This document shows positions 49,070-58,933 of a stretch of DNA of 64,000 bases, piece after piece; position 1 is the stretch's first letter, and each line of letters opens with the position of its first letter. The notes beneath the pieces are model-generated. The model had not been told where the DNA came from. It worked only from the letters and a program-made list of their open reading frames with translations, and did not search any database. Made by a program: the position numbers and the translations under genes. This DNA is from an uncultured candidatus Porisulfidus sp. (GTDB lineage Bacteria; Pseudomonadota; Gammaproteobacteria; Poriferisulfidales; Oxydemutatoraceae). Location of the stretch: contig OZ244052.1 of NCBI GenBank assembly GCA_965215125.1, forward strand, positions 1,792,001 through 1,856,000, read 5' to 3'.

Positions 49070-50827
49070 CTACGACAGCGGCTGGCTTTTTAATTTGTGT
49101 AGGTGCTTGAGTAAATCGTGCATTTTTATTTGTCCGGAGCCGTCGGTTGATAATTCTTTTTGCAGTTGTTCAATTTTTTGTTCGGTTATCTCTATTTCCA
49201 GTTGGCGCATTGCATCCTTGAATTCTATTTCGGTATCGGCTTCGGGTGCGGTGGATGTCGTCAGCAGGCGAGCGAGGTTTTCTTGATGCAAACTTTCCCT
49301 AAAGGATTCAACGATGCTTGCAGTGCTGGATAGTTTTTTATGTTTTATGCAGTCAATCACATCGGCAAGTAGTTCTGCGCCGGGTTTTTGCAGTCCGCGT
49401 ATTTTATCAGCGGCAAGTGCCTGATCCGCCAGCGAGGGTTTTGCCAATAATGCGCGCAGTGCGACCGTAACCGTTGAATACAAAATCTTTTTTTTCGCCT
49501 CATCGCTTCCTCCGGTTTTGGTGAAAGATTTTTTAGCCCCGTAGTCGGTCTTTAATTTATCTACATCTATATTGATTTGTTCTGCCAGACGTTTGAACAT
49601 TAATTCTCTGAACATGCCTTGGGGCAGCTGCATTATCAAGGATCTAAGTGATTTGGCATAGCGGGTTGCATGGGCAGGATTATTCAAGTCTAGTCCTTGC
49701 GAGTGATGTGTGAACAAGAAGTCCGCCAGGGGCACTGCTTCTGCAAGTTGTTTATTAAATACTTCGTAGCCGTGTTGTGTGATATAGCTGTCGGGGTCTT
49801 CGCCGGAGGGTAAGAACATAAAGTTAATGCTACAGCCGTCGGTGAATACCGAGAGTGCTTGTTTTGCAGCTTCAATCGCTGCTCGTCGTCCTGCGCTGTC
49901 GCCGTCAAAGCAGAATATCAGATTGGAACTAAAGCGCAGTGCGATGCGAATATGGGTTTGAGTCGTTGCGGTGCCTAAAGTTGCTACCACGTTGCGTACA
50001 CCGTGCTGGGATAAGGATACTGCATCCATATAGCCCTCTACGAATAATAAGCAGCGTAGATCGCGCACTTTTTTCAGTTCGTGCAAGCCGTACAGCGTGT
50101 TTCTTTTTTTGAATAGAGGTGTTTCCGGAGAATTCATATATTTCGGCAGTCTATCTTGTTTTTGCTTTTTGTTTTCCAAGAGGCGACCGCCGAATGCAAT
50201 CACATTACCGCGTCGGTCGCGTATCGGGAACATCAAACGGTCTCTAAACTTTTCGTACGGTCGATTGCCACTTTGAGCGAGCAAACCGACGGTAATCAGC
50301 GTTTTCTCGTCGTAGGCGGAACCTAGGCATTGTTTCAGATAAGGTTTGTCGGGTGCGTATCCGATTGCAAAATCGGCAGCAGTTTCCGGTGTAATGCCTC
50401 GCCCTCGCAAATAACCGCTCGCTTGTGCGTTTTGTTTCAGTTGTGCTCTATAAAACTCGGATACTTTATTCATTATCGTGTGCATCTTTTCAAAACGTTT
50501 TTGGTCTTCGGTTGATACACGAGTATTTAGGCGAGGCACTTCCATGCCTGCATGACGCGCCAGCTCTTCCACCGCCTCTTGAAAAGTCATACGCTGGTGT
50601 TCCATTAAAAATTTTATAGCACCGCCCGAGGCATGACAGCCGAAGCAATAGTAGAGACCTTTATCGCGGCTAACCGAAAAAGATGGGGTTTTTTCATCGT
50701 GAAAAGGGCAGCACGCCATATAAGAGCGTCCCGATTTTTTCAGCGGGGTCGGTATATAGCGGTTGATTAACGCAACGATGTCGGTGCGCGTAAGCAATTC
50801 GTCTATAAAAGTAGAAGGAATACTCAT
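49070..50827 (-). CDS. dnaG: DNA primase
   Basis: CCPFHDEKTPSF...CFGC zinc finger, FRDRLMFPI, KYMNSPET, VEGYMD, FDGDSAG (TOPRIM). Confidence 0.97.
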   Translation of the reverse strand: MSIPSTFIDELLTRTDIVALINRYIPTPLKKSGRSYMACCPFHDEKTPSFSVSRDKGLYYCFGCHASGGAIKFLMEHQRMTFQEAVEELARHAGMEVPRLNTRVSTEDQKRFEKMHTIMNKVSEFYRAQLKQNAQASGYLRGRGITPETAADFAIGYAPDKPYLKQCLGSAYDEKTLITVGLLAQSGNRPYEKFRDRLMFPIRDRRGNVIAFGGRLLENKKQKQDRLPKYMNSPETPLFKKRNTLYGLHELKKVRDLRCLLFVEGYMDAVSLSQHGVRNVVATLGTATTQTHIRIALRFSSNLIFCFDGDSAGRRAAIEAAKQALSVFTDGCSINFMFLPSGEDPDSYITQHGYEVFNKQLAEAVPLADFLFTHHSQGLDLNNPAHATRYAKSLRSLIMQLPQGMFRELMFKRLAEQINIDVDKLKTDYGAKKSFTKTGGSDEAKKKILYSTVTVALRALLAKPSLADQALAADKIRGLQKPGAELLADVIDCIKHKKLSSTASIVESFRESLHQENLARLLTTSTAPEADTEIEFKDAMRQLEIEITEQKIEQLQKELSTDGSGQIKMHDLLKHLHKLKSQPLS

Positions 50828-50857
50828 TTCGTCCAACGATAACGGACAAGCAAGTAT

Positions 50858-53800
50858 TTAAGCTGCTTTCAATAGGCTTGCCATCAGCATATCGAGTTCC
50901 GCCGCTTTGGGTTTGACCAACCAGAATTTAGGCAAATAGGTAGAGAAATCGTCAAGCATAGACTGTGCAAATAGGCTACCTGTTTTTCGGTGGTGTTCGG
51001 TCAATAGGATATATAAATAATCTCGTTGTTGATCCATCTCTTCGATATCTATGCGATAGATATCAATCATCTCGTGGTTGTACAGGTCGCTAAAGTTGGT
51101 TTGTTGGTCAAAGACCATTGCTAATCCGCCGGTCATTCCGGCACCGAAATTAAGGCCGGTTTTACCCAGCACCACAACAAAGCCGCCGGTCATATATTCG
51201 CATCCGTGGTCGCCCACACCTTCCACGACTGCGATTGTGCCGGAGTTCCTCACTGCAAAACGCTCGCCTGCTTTGCCGGCAGCAAAAAACTTTCCACCGG
51301 TAGCACCGTAAAGGCAAGTGTTTCCGACAATCGGCATTTTTTGCGATTGTTCCGCTATTTGCGGTGGCGGATAAATGGCAATTTCTCCGGCTGCCATCCC
51401 TTTGCCTACATAATCGTTTGCATCGCCTTCCAGGTGTAGATGCAAGCCACCGGCATTCCAAACCCCGAAGCTCTGCCCGGCAGTACCTTTGAAATAAACA
51501 TCCAACGGTGTATCCGACATGTCATAATTTCCGTATCGCTTGGCAATTTCGCCGGAGACCCGTGCACCGATAGAACGATCCACATTGCGGATATTGTAGT
51601 GAAATTCGCCGCCTGTTTTATTTTTTACGGCATCCTTCATATCCGCAACCATGCGCTCTGCGAGGATGCCTCGGTCAAACGGCTTATTACGTTCGTAGGT
51701 GCAAAACTGAGGCTTGTCGGCGGCAACACCCCCATCGGATAAAATAGCATTCAAGTCTAATCCGCTTTGCCGATGCGGTAATTCCTCTACAAGTTCCAAT
51801 AAATCAAGTTGTCCGATCAAGTCTTCAAATTTTCTAACGCCTAAGTACGCCATCCATTCGCGTGTCTCTTTGGCAATAAAGAGAAAATAATTTCTAACCA
51901 TCTGCATTTTGCCGATGAAGTGTTTCAGACGCAACACTTTGTTTTGGGTGGCAACTCCGGTTGCACAGTTGTTGAGATGACATATTCTCAGATATTTGCA
52001 GCCCATGGCAATCATCGGGGCGGTACCGAAGCCGAAGCTCTCGGCACCTAGAATCGCCGCTTTGACTACGTCTAAACCGGTTTTTAAGCCGCCGTCGGTT
52101 TGCAATCTTACTTTGTCGCGTAGGTCGTTGTTGCGTAATGCCAAATGCGTCTCGGGTAGACCGAGCTCCCAGGGTGCACCGGCGTATTTAATGCTGGTGA
52201 GGGGACTTGCACCGGTGCCGCCGTCGTAGCCCGATATCGTAATCAGGTCGGCATAGGCTTTGGCAACGCCGACTGCGATCGTGCCGACACCGGCTTCGGC
52301 AACCAATTTCACCGAGACTAAAACTTTAGGATTGACTTGCTTCAAATCAAAGATTAATTGCGCAAGGTCTTCTATCGAATATATATCGTGGTGCGGAGGT
52401 GGAGAAATCAGTGCGATGCCTTCGCTAGAATGTCTCAGTTTTGCAATCATTTTGTTGACTTTGGTTCCCGGTAGTTGGCCGCCCTCACCGGGTTTTGCAC
52501 CTTGTGCAATTTTGATCTGCATGACTTCCGCGTCGCTAAGATAATGCGGGGTTACACCGAAACGTCCCGATGCGACTTGCTTGATTTTGGATGACTTATC
52601 GGTACCGAATCTCTTCGGGTCTTCGCCGCCTTCGCCGGAGTTTGAACGCCCGCCCAAGCTGTTCATCGCTTCCGCCAATGTTTCGTGTGCTTCGGGGGAT
52701 AGTGCCCCTAAGGACATACCTGCAGAGTCAAAGCGTTTGACGATGTGTTCCTCTACTTCTACCTCGTCTAGCGGCACCGGAGTTTTGGGCTTTAGCTTCA
52801 GCAAATCCCTGAATACCGCCGGTTGACGGTGGTTGACATGATCGGCGAAGACTTTGTATTCGTTGTAATCCGAGTCTTGTACGGCTTTTTGCAGACTTTG
52901 CACGACATCGGGGTTGAATGCATGGTATTCCCCGTCGTGTATGTATTTTAATAACCCGCCTTGTTGCAACGGTTCGGAGCGGTTCCGAGCGAGCTTTGCC
53001 AATTTCTTTTGATCATCCTCTAGATCCGAGAAGCGCAAGCCTTGTAGCCTGCTGGTAGTACCTGTGAAACACAGTGCGACAACCTCGTCGTGCAAGCCGA
53101 CTATTTCAAATAATTGTGCGCCTCTGTAACTTGTAATCGTAGAGATGCCCATCTTGGATATGATTTTCAAAAGACCTTTGTTGATGGCTTGGCGGTACAC
53201 AGAACAAATAGTCACCAGCGGTTTAGCATTGTCAATTTCCTGCTTGCGGTACATGCCGGCGAGACATTGATAACTGAGATAAGGGAATATGGCACTTGCG
53301 CCGTAGCCAATCAGAGTCGCAAAATGATGCGGGTCCCGCGCAGTCGCAGTTTCTATGAGGATATTGCATTGACACCGCAATCCTTCTTTGATTAGGCGGT
53401 GGTGCACCGCACCGCAGGCGAGCAGGGCGTGTATGTTGAGACGATCCGAAGCTATTTGTCTGTCGGATAGTACGATTATTAGAAAGTCTTTCTTACGTGA
53501 AGCTTCTACAACTTGGTCGCAAAGTTGTATTATTGCAGAATGTAGGTTGTGTTCGCTCGAATAACTAAGGTTGAAAATTTGATGGGGAAATTTCTCAAGT
53601 TCCAGGATAGTGCGAAACTTGTATTCGGATAGTACCGGTGATCTCAATAACAGGCGATCTACCTCCGGCAATTCATCAAAAGGATTCATCTCGCAGCCCA
53701 ATGCCGTTTCCAATCCCATCACAATACGCTCTCGTAAGGGGTCTATAGGTGGGTTGGTGACCTGTGCGAATTGTTGGCGGAAATTATCAAACAACGAGCG

Positions 53801-55303
53801 TACTTGAGAGGACAACACCGGCAGTGGGGTATCGTCGCCCATAGAACCAACCGCTTCCTGTCCGACCTGCGCTAACACTTTGAGTACTTGTTCTCTCTCC
53901 TCATACGATAGATTGAACATTTTCTGGTAATTGCGTAATTGTTCGTCATCTAATGGTTCGTAGACACCCAGAGCTTCATTAGAAGGGGTGGGTACATAGT
54001 GTGCGTGTTTTTTTAACCATTGACGATAAGGGTATCTGGATTTTAACTCTTCGTTAATCATTTCAGGCAACATCAAGGTGCCTGTTTGAGTGTCAACCGC
54101 GATCATCTGTCCGGGCTTTAGTCTGCCTTTGGTTTCTACTTCGTCGGCACTATAATCGTAGACCCCAATCTCTGATGCAAGTGTGATAAAACGATCTTTG
54201 GTAATAATATAGCGCGCCGGCCGCAAACCATTTCTATCCATAGAACATGCTGCATAACGACCATCGGTTAAGACGATGCCGGCGGGACCGTCCCAAGGTT
54301 CCATGTGGAAGGAATTATAGCCGTAGTAGGCGCGTAGGTCGGGATCTATGTGGCTGACATTCTGCCACGCCGGTGGTATCAACAAGCGTATCGCACTACA
54401 TAGGTCCATACCCCCCATCATAAGGATTTCGAGCATATTATCTAAACTGCACGAATCCGACCCTCTCATAGAAACCAACGGCATCAATTCGGTCAGATCA
54501 GGCAGCTGAGAGCTCTTTAATATATGTGCCCGTGCAGCAGCCCAATTACGGTTACCGCAAATAGTGTTGATTTCGCCGTTATGTGCCAGAAAACGGAACG
54601 GTTGGGCCAAATACCATTGCGGGTGTGTATTGGTTGAGAAACGCTGATGGAAAACACACAAAGACGATTCTAACGACTCTTCGGCAAGGTCGGGATAAAA
54701 AACCGGCAGATTATCGGGCATTATTAAGCCTTTATAAGAAAGTGTTCGCGAAGACAAACTCGCAATATAGAAAGCGGTGCCGGTTAATGCAATCTCCGCT
54801 TTACGGCGCGCAACAAACAAGGCTTGCTCGGTGTTTTTCATCGATTCTTTTATGTTGACAAACACCTGTGCTATATTCGGTAAAGTTTTAAGTGCTTCTG
54901 CACCGCACGCCTTGGGGTTGATAGGCACCGTACGCCAACCGGCAATTTCAAAGCCTTGTTCAATGAGTTGTAGATTCAATATCTCCTGCCATTGTTTTGC
55001 TATTTTTTTATCTTTTGATAGAAATACTACGCCGACAGCGAAATTTTCGGCTAAATTGATATCGGCTACATCGGCTTTTGCCCGCATATAGTCCAGCGGC
55101 ATTTTCATCAAAAGCCCGCAACCATCGCCGGTTTTCCCGTCCGCCGATATAGCACCGCGATGTGTCAAACGTCCTAGCGACTGTATTGCGGTTTTGACCA
55201 ACCAGTGACTTGCCTGTCCGTCCATCTGGGTGATTAAACCGAAACCGCAACTGTCTTTTTCAAATTCGGGACGATAGAGCCCTTTGGTTAATAATTTAGA
55301 CAC
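50858..55303 (-). CDS. gltB: Glutamate synthase large subunit
   Basis: KDSCGFG N-terminal Cys, HQRFSTNT, HNGEIN, EPWDGPA, QGAKPGEGGQLPG, CKYLRICHLNNC. Confidence 0.97.
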   Translation of the reverse strand: MSKLLTKGLYRPEFEKDSCGFGLITQMDGQASHWLVKTAIQSLGRLTHRGAISADGKTGDGCGLLMKMPLDYMRAKADVADINLAENFAVGVVFLSKDKKIAKQWQEILNLQLIEQGFEIAGWRTVPINPKACGAEALKTLPNIAQVFVNIKESMKNTEQALFVARRKAEIALTGTAFYIASLSSRTLSYKGLIMPDNLPVFYPDLAEESLESSLCVFHQRFSTNTHPQWYLAQPFRFLAHNGEINTICGNRNWAAARAHILKSSQLPDLTELMPLVSMRGSDSCSLDNMLEILMMGGMDLCSAIRLLIPPAWQNVSHIDPDLRAYYGYNSFHMEPWDGPAGIVLTDGRYAACSMDRNGLRPARYIITKDRFITLASEIGVYDYSADEVETKGRLKPGQMIAVDTQTGTLMLPEMINEELKSRYPYRQWLKKHAHYVPTPSNEALGVYEPLDDEQLRNYQKMFNLSYEEREQVLKVLAQVGQEAVGSMGDDTPLPVLSSQVRSLFDNFRQQFAQVTNPPIDPLRERIVMGLETALGCEMNPFDELPEVDRLLLRSPVLSEYKFRTILELEKFPHQIFNLSYSSEHNLHSAIIQLCDQVVEASRKKDFLIIVLSDRQIASDRLNIHALLACGAVHHRLIKEGLRCQCNILIETATARDPHHFATLIGYGASAIFPYLSYQCLAGMYRKQEIDNAKPLVTICSVYRQAINKGLLKIISKMGISTITSYRGAQLFEIVGLHDEVVALCFTGTTSRLQGLRFSDLEDDQKKLAKLARNRSEPLQQGGLLKYIHDGEYHAFNPDVVQSLQKAVQDSDYNEYKVFADHVNHRQPAVFRDLLKLKPKTPVPLDEVEVEEHIVKRFDSAGMSLGALSPEAHETLAEAMNSLGGRSNSGEGGEDPKRFGTDKSSKIKQVASGRFGVTPHYLSDAEVMQIKIAQGAKPGEGGQLPGTKVNKMIAKLRHSSEGIALISPPPHHDIYSIEDLAQLIFDLKQVNPKVLVSVKLVAEAGVGTIAVGVAKAYADLITISGYDGGTGASPLTSIKYAGAPWELGLPETHLALRNNDLRDKVRLQTDGGLKTGLDVVKAAILGAESFGFGTAPMIAMGCKYLRICHLNNCATGVATQNKVLRLKHFIGKMQMVRNYFLFIAKETREWMAYLGVRKFEDLIGQLDLLELVEELPHRQSGLDLNAILSDGGVAADKPQFCTYERNKPFDRGILAERMVADMKDAVKNKTGGEFHYNIRNVDRSIGARVSGEIAKRYGNYDMSDTPLDVYFKGTAGQSFGVWNAGGLHLHLEGDANDYVGKGMAAGEIAIYPPPQIAEQSQKMPIVGNTCLYGATGGKFFAAGKAGERFAVRNSGTIAVVEGVGDHGCEYMTGGFVVVLGKTGLNFGAGMTGGLAMVFDQQTNFSDLYNHEMIDIYRIDIEEMDQQRDYLYILLTEHHRKTGSLFAQSMLDDFSTYLPKFWLVKPKAAELDMLMASLLKAA

Positions 55304-55454
55304 CTTTTACACTCAAGATTAATTAATAAGATGTAATTATACTATGCTCTCCTTAAATTTTAGTAATAGCATCAGTAGAACCGCCTAGCTTGGTGGAGCT
55401 GTGTTATACTTATGAGAAAATATCATGAATTACTAACACAAGGAGTAAATATTA

Positions 55455-55685
55455 ATGTCTGAGATAGCATTATATAACACATTGAGAAAGATACCCGATG
55501 TGTCCGATGATGAAGCAAAGGAAGCAATAGCCGATATTGCGAGTTTGAAGGAAGTAGCGACTAAGGCAGACATAAAAGATATGGCGACTAAAGCCGATGT
55601 AGAAAGGATGGGGCGGATAATGATTATGTGGATGGTCGGTGTAGGTGTGGCGGTTGCCGGAATAGTAATTGCGGTAGTAGGGTAG
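55455..55685 (+). CDS. Third DUF1640/CCDC90-like small membrane-anchored protein
   Basis: MSEIALYNTLRKIPDVSDDEAKEA...ATKADIKDMATKAD + TM; AAGGAG RBS. Confidence 0.65.
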   Translation: MSEIALYNTLRKIPDVSDDEAKEAIADIASLKEVATKADIKDMATKADVERMGRIMIMWMVGVGVAVAGIVIAVVG

Positions 55686-55706
55686 CTGATATTGTGCAGA
55701 CACGCA

Positions 55707-55997
55707 GGGGCTGTTGAAAAAGTATTTCATACACCGTAGGGGCGGACTTCAAAATTGCCGATTGACCTACCGGCTCAATCGGCGGCTCTATTCTGCCCGT
55801 AACGCGTTGCGCCTGCACGATTTATAAATTCATTCATCCAATTTATGGAAACCAAAACCAAATGGCGCGAGCGGTTGCAGTTATTCCAAACGGTACTTTA
55901 GGGCAGACATATCAGTCTGCCCCTACAGGTGGTTTGGGTAATTATGTGACGCAAAGCGGTTGGATTTGTGCGATGTCTGCACTTTTTCAACAACCCC
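55707..55997. mobile_element. MITE-like non-coding element (291 bp)
   Basis: TIRs GGGGCTGTTGAAAAAGT / ACTTTTTCAACAACCCC (1 mismatch); ACGCA on both flanks; internal GTAG-REP-like hairpins. Confidence 0.55.
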
Positions 55998-56096
55998 ACG
56001 CAGCAACCACCCCATGGAAAGGCTTTACATTTTGTACTATGTACTAAGATTTTGCACAATGTGACGCCGATTGCCCAACTGGAGCAAACGGCGGTT

Positions 56097-57551
56097 CTAT
56101 TTGCGCCAAAATATCGGTGTGAATAATACCAATAATGCAAAAATTTCAAGCCGTCCTAAAATCATGGCAAAGCACAGGATCCATTTGTTGGCATCGCCGA
56201 GTGTGGCGTAGTGTTCACCGACGATACCGAGCCCGGGGCCCAGATTATTAATTGTTGCCATCGTTGCGGAAAATGCGGTTTCTTGATCCAGTCCGGTTGC
56301 CATCAGCAATAACAAAATGACGATAATACTTCCTATATACGCAGAAAAGAAACCCCATACCGATTGTATTACCCGGTCGCTCAATGCCATATCGTCTATT
56401 TTTAGCAACACACATGCGCTGGGATGGACTAGTTGTTTCATCTCTCTAATACCTTGGCGCAACAGGAGCCAAAAGCGAATTACTTTCATGCCGCCGCCGG
56501 TAGAACCGCTACACCCCCCTATGGAACTTGCGAATAGTAGTAGTAGGGGCACGAATCCCATCCACATATAGTGCGGTGCTACGGTGTATCCGGTGGTTGT
56601 TGCAAAAGAGACGGCACTGAAAGCACCTATCAAAACAGATTCTTTTAGTGTACTCGCATGTGCGGTGTACAAAAACGATACCGCGAGTATCGCAACGATT
56701 AAAATGACGGATAGAAACACCTTAAACTCGGTGTCTCGCCAATAGCCGGTTAAAGCGCGGCGATGCCAAGCCAAGAAATGCAAACTAAAGTTAATGCCGG
56801 CAATCAACATAAAGGTCATCGCGATAATCAATATTGCCGGGTTGTCCGAGAAATATGCGAAGTTTTCATTGTGTGTCGAGAAACCGCCGATTGAGACGGT
56901 AGAAAAGCTATGGCACAAGGCATCGAATTTTGACATGCCCGCTGCCCAATAGGCGACTGCGCACAGTGCGGTTAGAGATAAATAGATATAGCCCAACATT
57001 CTGGAAATCTCGCTGACCCTAGGCAATGGTTTTGTTTTACGCACCGAGGATAGCATTTCGGTACGGTACAACTGCATGCTACCGACACCGAGCATCGGGG
57101 CAATAATAATTGCAATGACGATGATGCCGATTCCGCCTATCCATTGTAGGAATTGGCGGTAGAACAAAATAGCGTGAGGGACGGTATCTAAGGCGGGAAG
57201 TACACTTGCACCGGTGGTAGTTAAACCGGAGATCGATTCAAACACCGCATCGTGCAACGTTATTTGTGGATTGTCGCCGAGATAAAGCGGTAATGCTGCC
57301 GCCATTCCCAGTACTACCCACGCCAGCACGACCATTAAAAATGCCTCTTTTAGGTGTGTTTCGCCACGGCTATTGCGGTTCGGAAACCATAATAGCAAGC
57401 CTGAAGAGAGAACAACGGTAAAGGATAAGATAAAGGGACGGCTACTCTGCTCTCCGTACCAAGCGTCTATGGGCAACGGCACCAGCATAACGATGCTGAA
57501 CAACATCAGCAAAAGGCCTAATGCGCGTTGTATAGACGGAAGGTGTATCAT
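56097..57551 (-). CDS. trkH: Trk potassium uptake membrane protein
   Basis: FESISGLTTTGA, STVSIGGFS, TTTGY, GSTGGGMK, NNLGPG, GRLEIF. Confidence 0.95.
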   Translation of the reverse strand: MIHLPSIQRALGLLLMLFSIVMLVPLPIDAWYGEQSSRPFILSFTVVLSSGLLLWFPNRNSRGETHLKEAFLMVVLAWVVLGMAAALPLYLGDNPQITLHDAVFESISGLTTTGASVLPALDTVPHAILFYRQFLQWIGGIGIIVIAIIIAPMLGVGSMQLYRTEMLSSVRKTKPLPRVSEISRMLGYIYLSLTALCAVAYWAAGMSKFDALCHSFSTVSIGGFSTHNENFAYFSDNPAILIIAMTFMLIAGINFSLHFLAWHRRALTGYWRDTEFKVFLSVILIVAILAVSFLYTAHASTLKESVLIGAFSAVSFATTTGYTVAPHYMWMGFVPLLLLFASSIGGCSGSTGGGMKVIRFWLLLRQGIREMKQLVHPSACVLLKIDDMALSDRVIQSVWGFFSAYIGSIIVILLLLMATGLDQETAFSATMATINNLGPGLGIVGEHYATLGDANKWILCFAMILGRLEIFALLVLFTPIFWRK

Positions 57552-58933
57552 CAGTAAATGGCTGTGACCATAAAAAGTTTTTCCACACTAGGGATGTGCT
57601 TTTTACTTTTGACGAATACGATTACATGATCCTCGGGTTCAATAATCACATCATGAGTCGCCGGCAATATATGCTCGTTTCTTAGAATCATGCTGACCAT
57701 AACGCCGGGCGGCAAACGGACTTGACTTAAGGGTCGTCCCACAACTTTGGATGAACGAGCATCACCGTGTACTACGAGTTCTATCACTTCTGCATCACTG
57801 TGCTTTAGGGTATGCGTAGCAACCGTATCTCCTTTTCTAACATGGCAAAGCAACGAACCGAAAGAGGCTTGTTGGGGCGATAAGGTTATATCTATATTGA
57901 CATGATTCAAATGCACCAATTCTAAATAGCTTTGGCGATTTATCAATGCCAACACATGGCTGGCACCCAGGTGTTTGCAAAGCAGAGCCGATAAGATATT
58001 GTCTTCTTCCCTATTGGTTACCGCACACATCATATCGGTACGTTTAATATTCTCGTCTATTAGGATATTTTCGTTGGTTGCATCGCCGTGCAGTACTACC
58101 ACTTTATTGCCCAGACGCTCGGCAAGCATCTTCGCTCGTGCGATATCGGGTTCGAGTAGTTTGATTTTGTAGTCGTTTTGCAAAAGCTCGGCAAGGCTCA
58201 TACCGATTTGTCCGCCGCCGGCAATCATAATTGTTTTAAGGGGGCGATAATCGCAGCCTAGTGCTTTCATGATTTGCGAGACTTGTGTTTTAGGGGCTAC
58301 GAAAAAGACTTCATCGTCGGTTTGTATCACGGTTTGTTCGTCTACAAAATGAATTTCTTCGTCTCGGAAGATAGCCGAAAGATGCATCGGAATTTCGGAT
58401 GACGATTGTATGATTTGCGATACCGAGCGACCGATCCACGAACCGTCTTGTCGTGCCTTGCCGCAAACCATCAACAAGTGTCCACTACCCAATTCGGCAA
58501 TTTGTATGGCACCCGGGTTTTCTATGAGCAGTTTGATGTTATGTGCAACCGAAAGTTCCGGGCTGACGAGTACATCTATGGGAACAACGTCTTTACCGAA
58601 TAGTCTACTTTTCTCTTCTAGATATCCTCGTGTGGTAACTTTTGCGATTTTAGTGGGAATATCAAAAATAGTATGCGCAATTCTACAGGCGATGATGTTC
58701 TCTTCGTCGCGATCGTTTAATGCAATCAACATATCCGCATCTTCGGCATCGGCTTGTGCCAAGACTTCCGGGTGCGATCCTTGTCCGACGATTGTTCTCA
58801 GATCGAATATGCTTTGTATGTCTTGGAATAGTCGGAAATCTTTATCAACCAAGGTGACATCGTTGTTCTCCTCCGCCAAATTGAGTGCCAGCGCAATACC
58901 CAAGTGATTAGCACCTAGAACGATAACTTTCAT
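57551..58933 (-). CDS. trkA: Trk potassium uptake NAD-binding subunit
   Basis: Two RCK pairs; IMIAGGGQIG, HGDAT, IELVVHGD. Confidence 0.93.
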   Translation of the reverse strand: MKVIVLGANHLGIALALNLAEENNDVTLVDKDFRLFQDIQSIFDLRTIVGQGSHPEVLAQADAEDADMLIALNDRDEENIIACRIAHTIFDIPTKIAKVTTRGYLEEKSRLFGKDVVPIDVLVSPELSVAHNIKLLIENPGAIQIAELGSGHLLMVCGKARQDGSWIGRSVSQIIQSSSEIPMHLSAIFRDEEIHFVDEQTVIQTDDEVFFVAPKTQVSQIMKALGCDYRPLKTIMIAGGGQIGMSLAELLQNDYKIKLLEPDIARAKMLAERLGNKVVVLHGDATNENILIDENIKRTDMMCAVTNREEDNILSALLCKHLGASHVLALINRQSYLELVHLNHVNIDITLSPQQASFGSLLCHVRKGDTVATHTLKHSDAEVIELVVHGDARSSKVVGRPLSQVRLPPGVMVSMILRNEHILPATHDVIIEPEDHVIVFVKSKKHIPSVEKLFMVTAIY

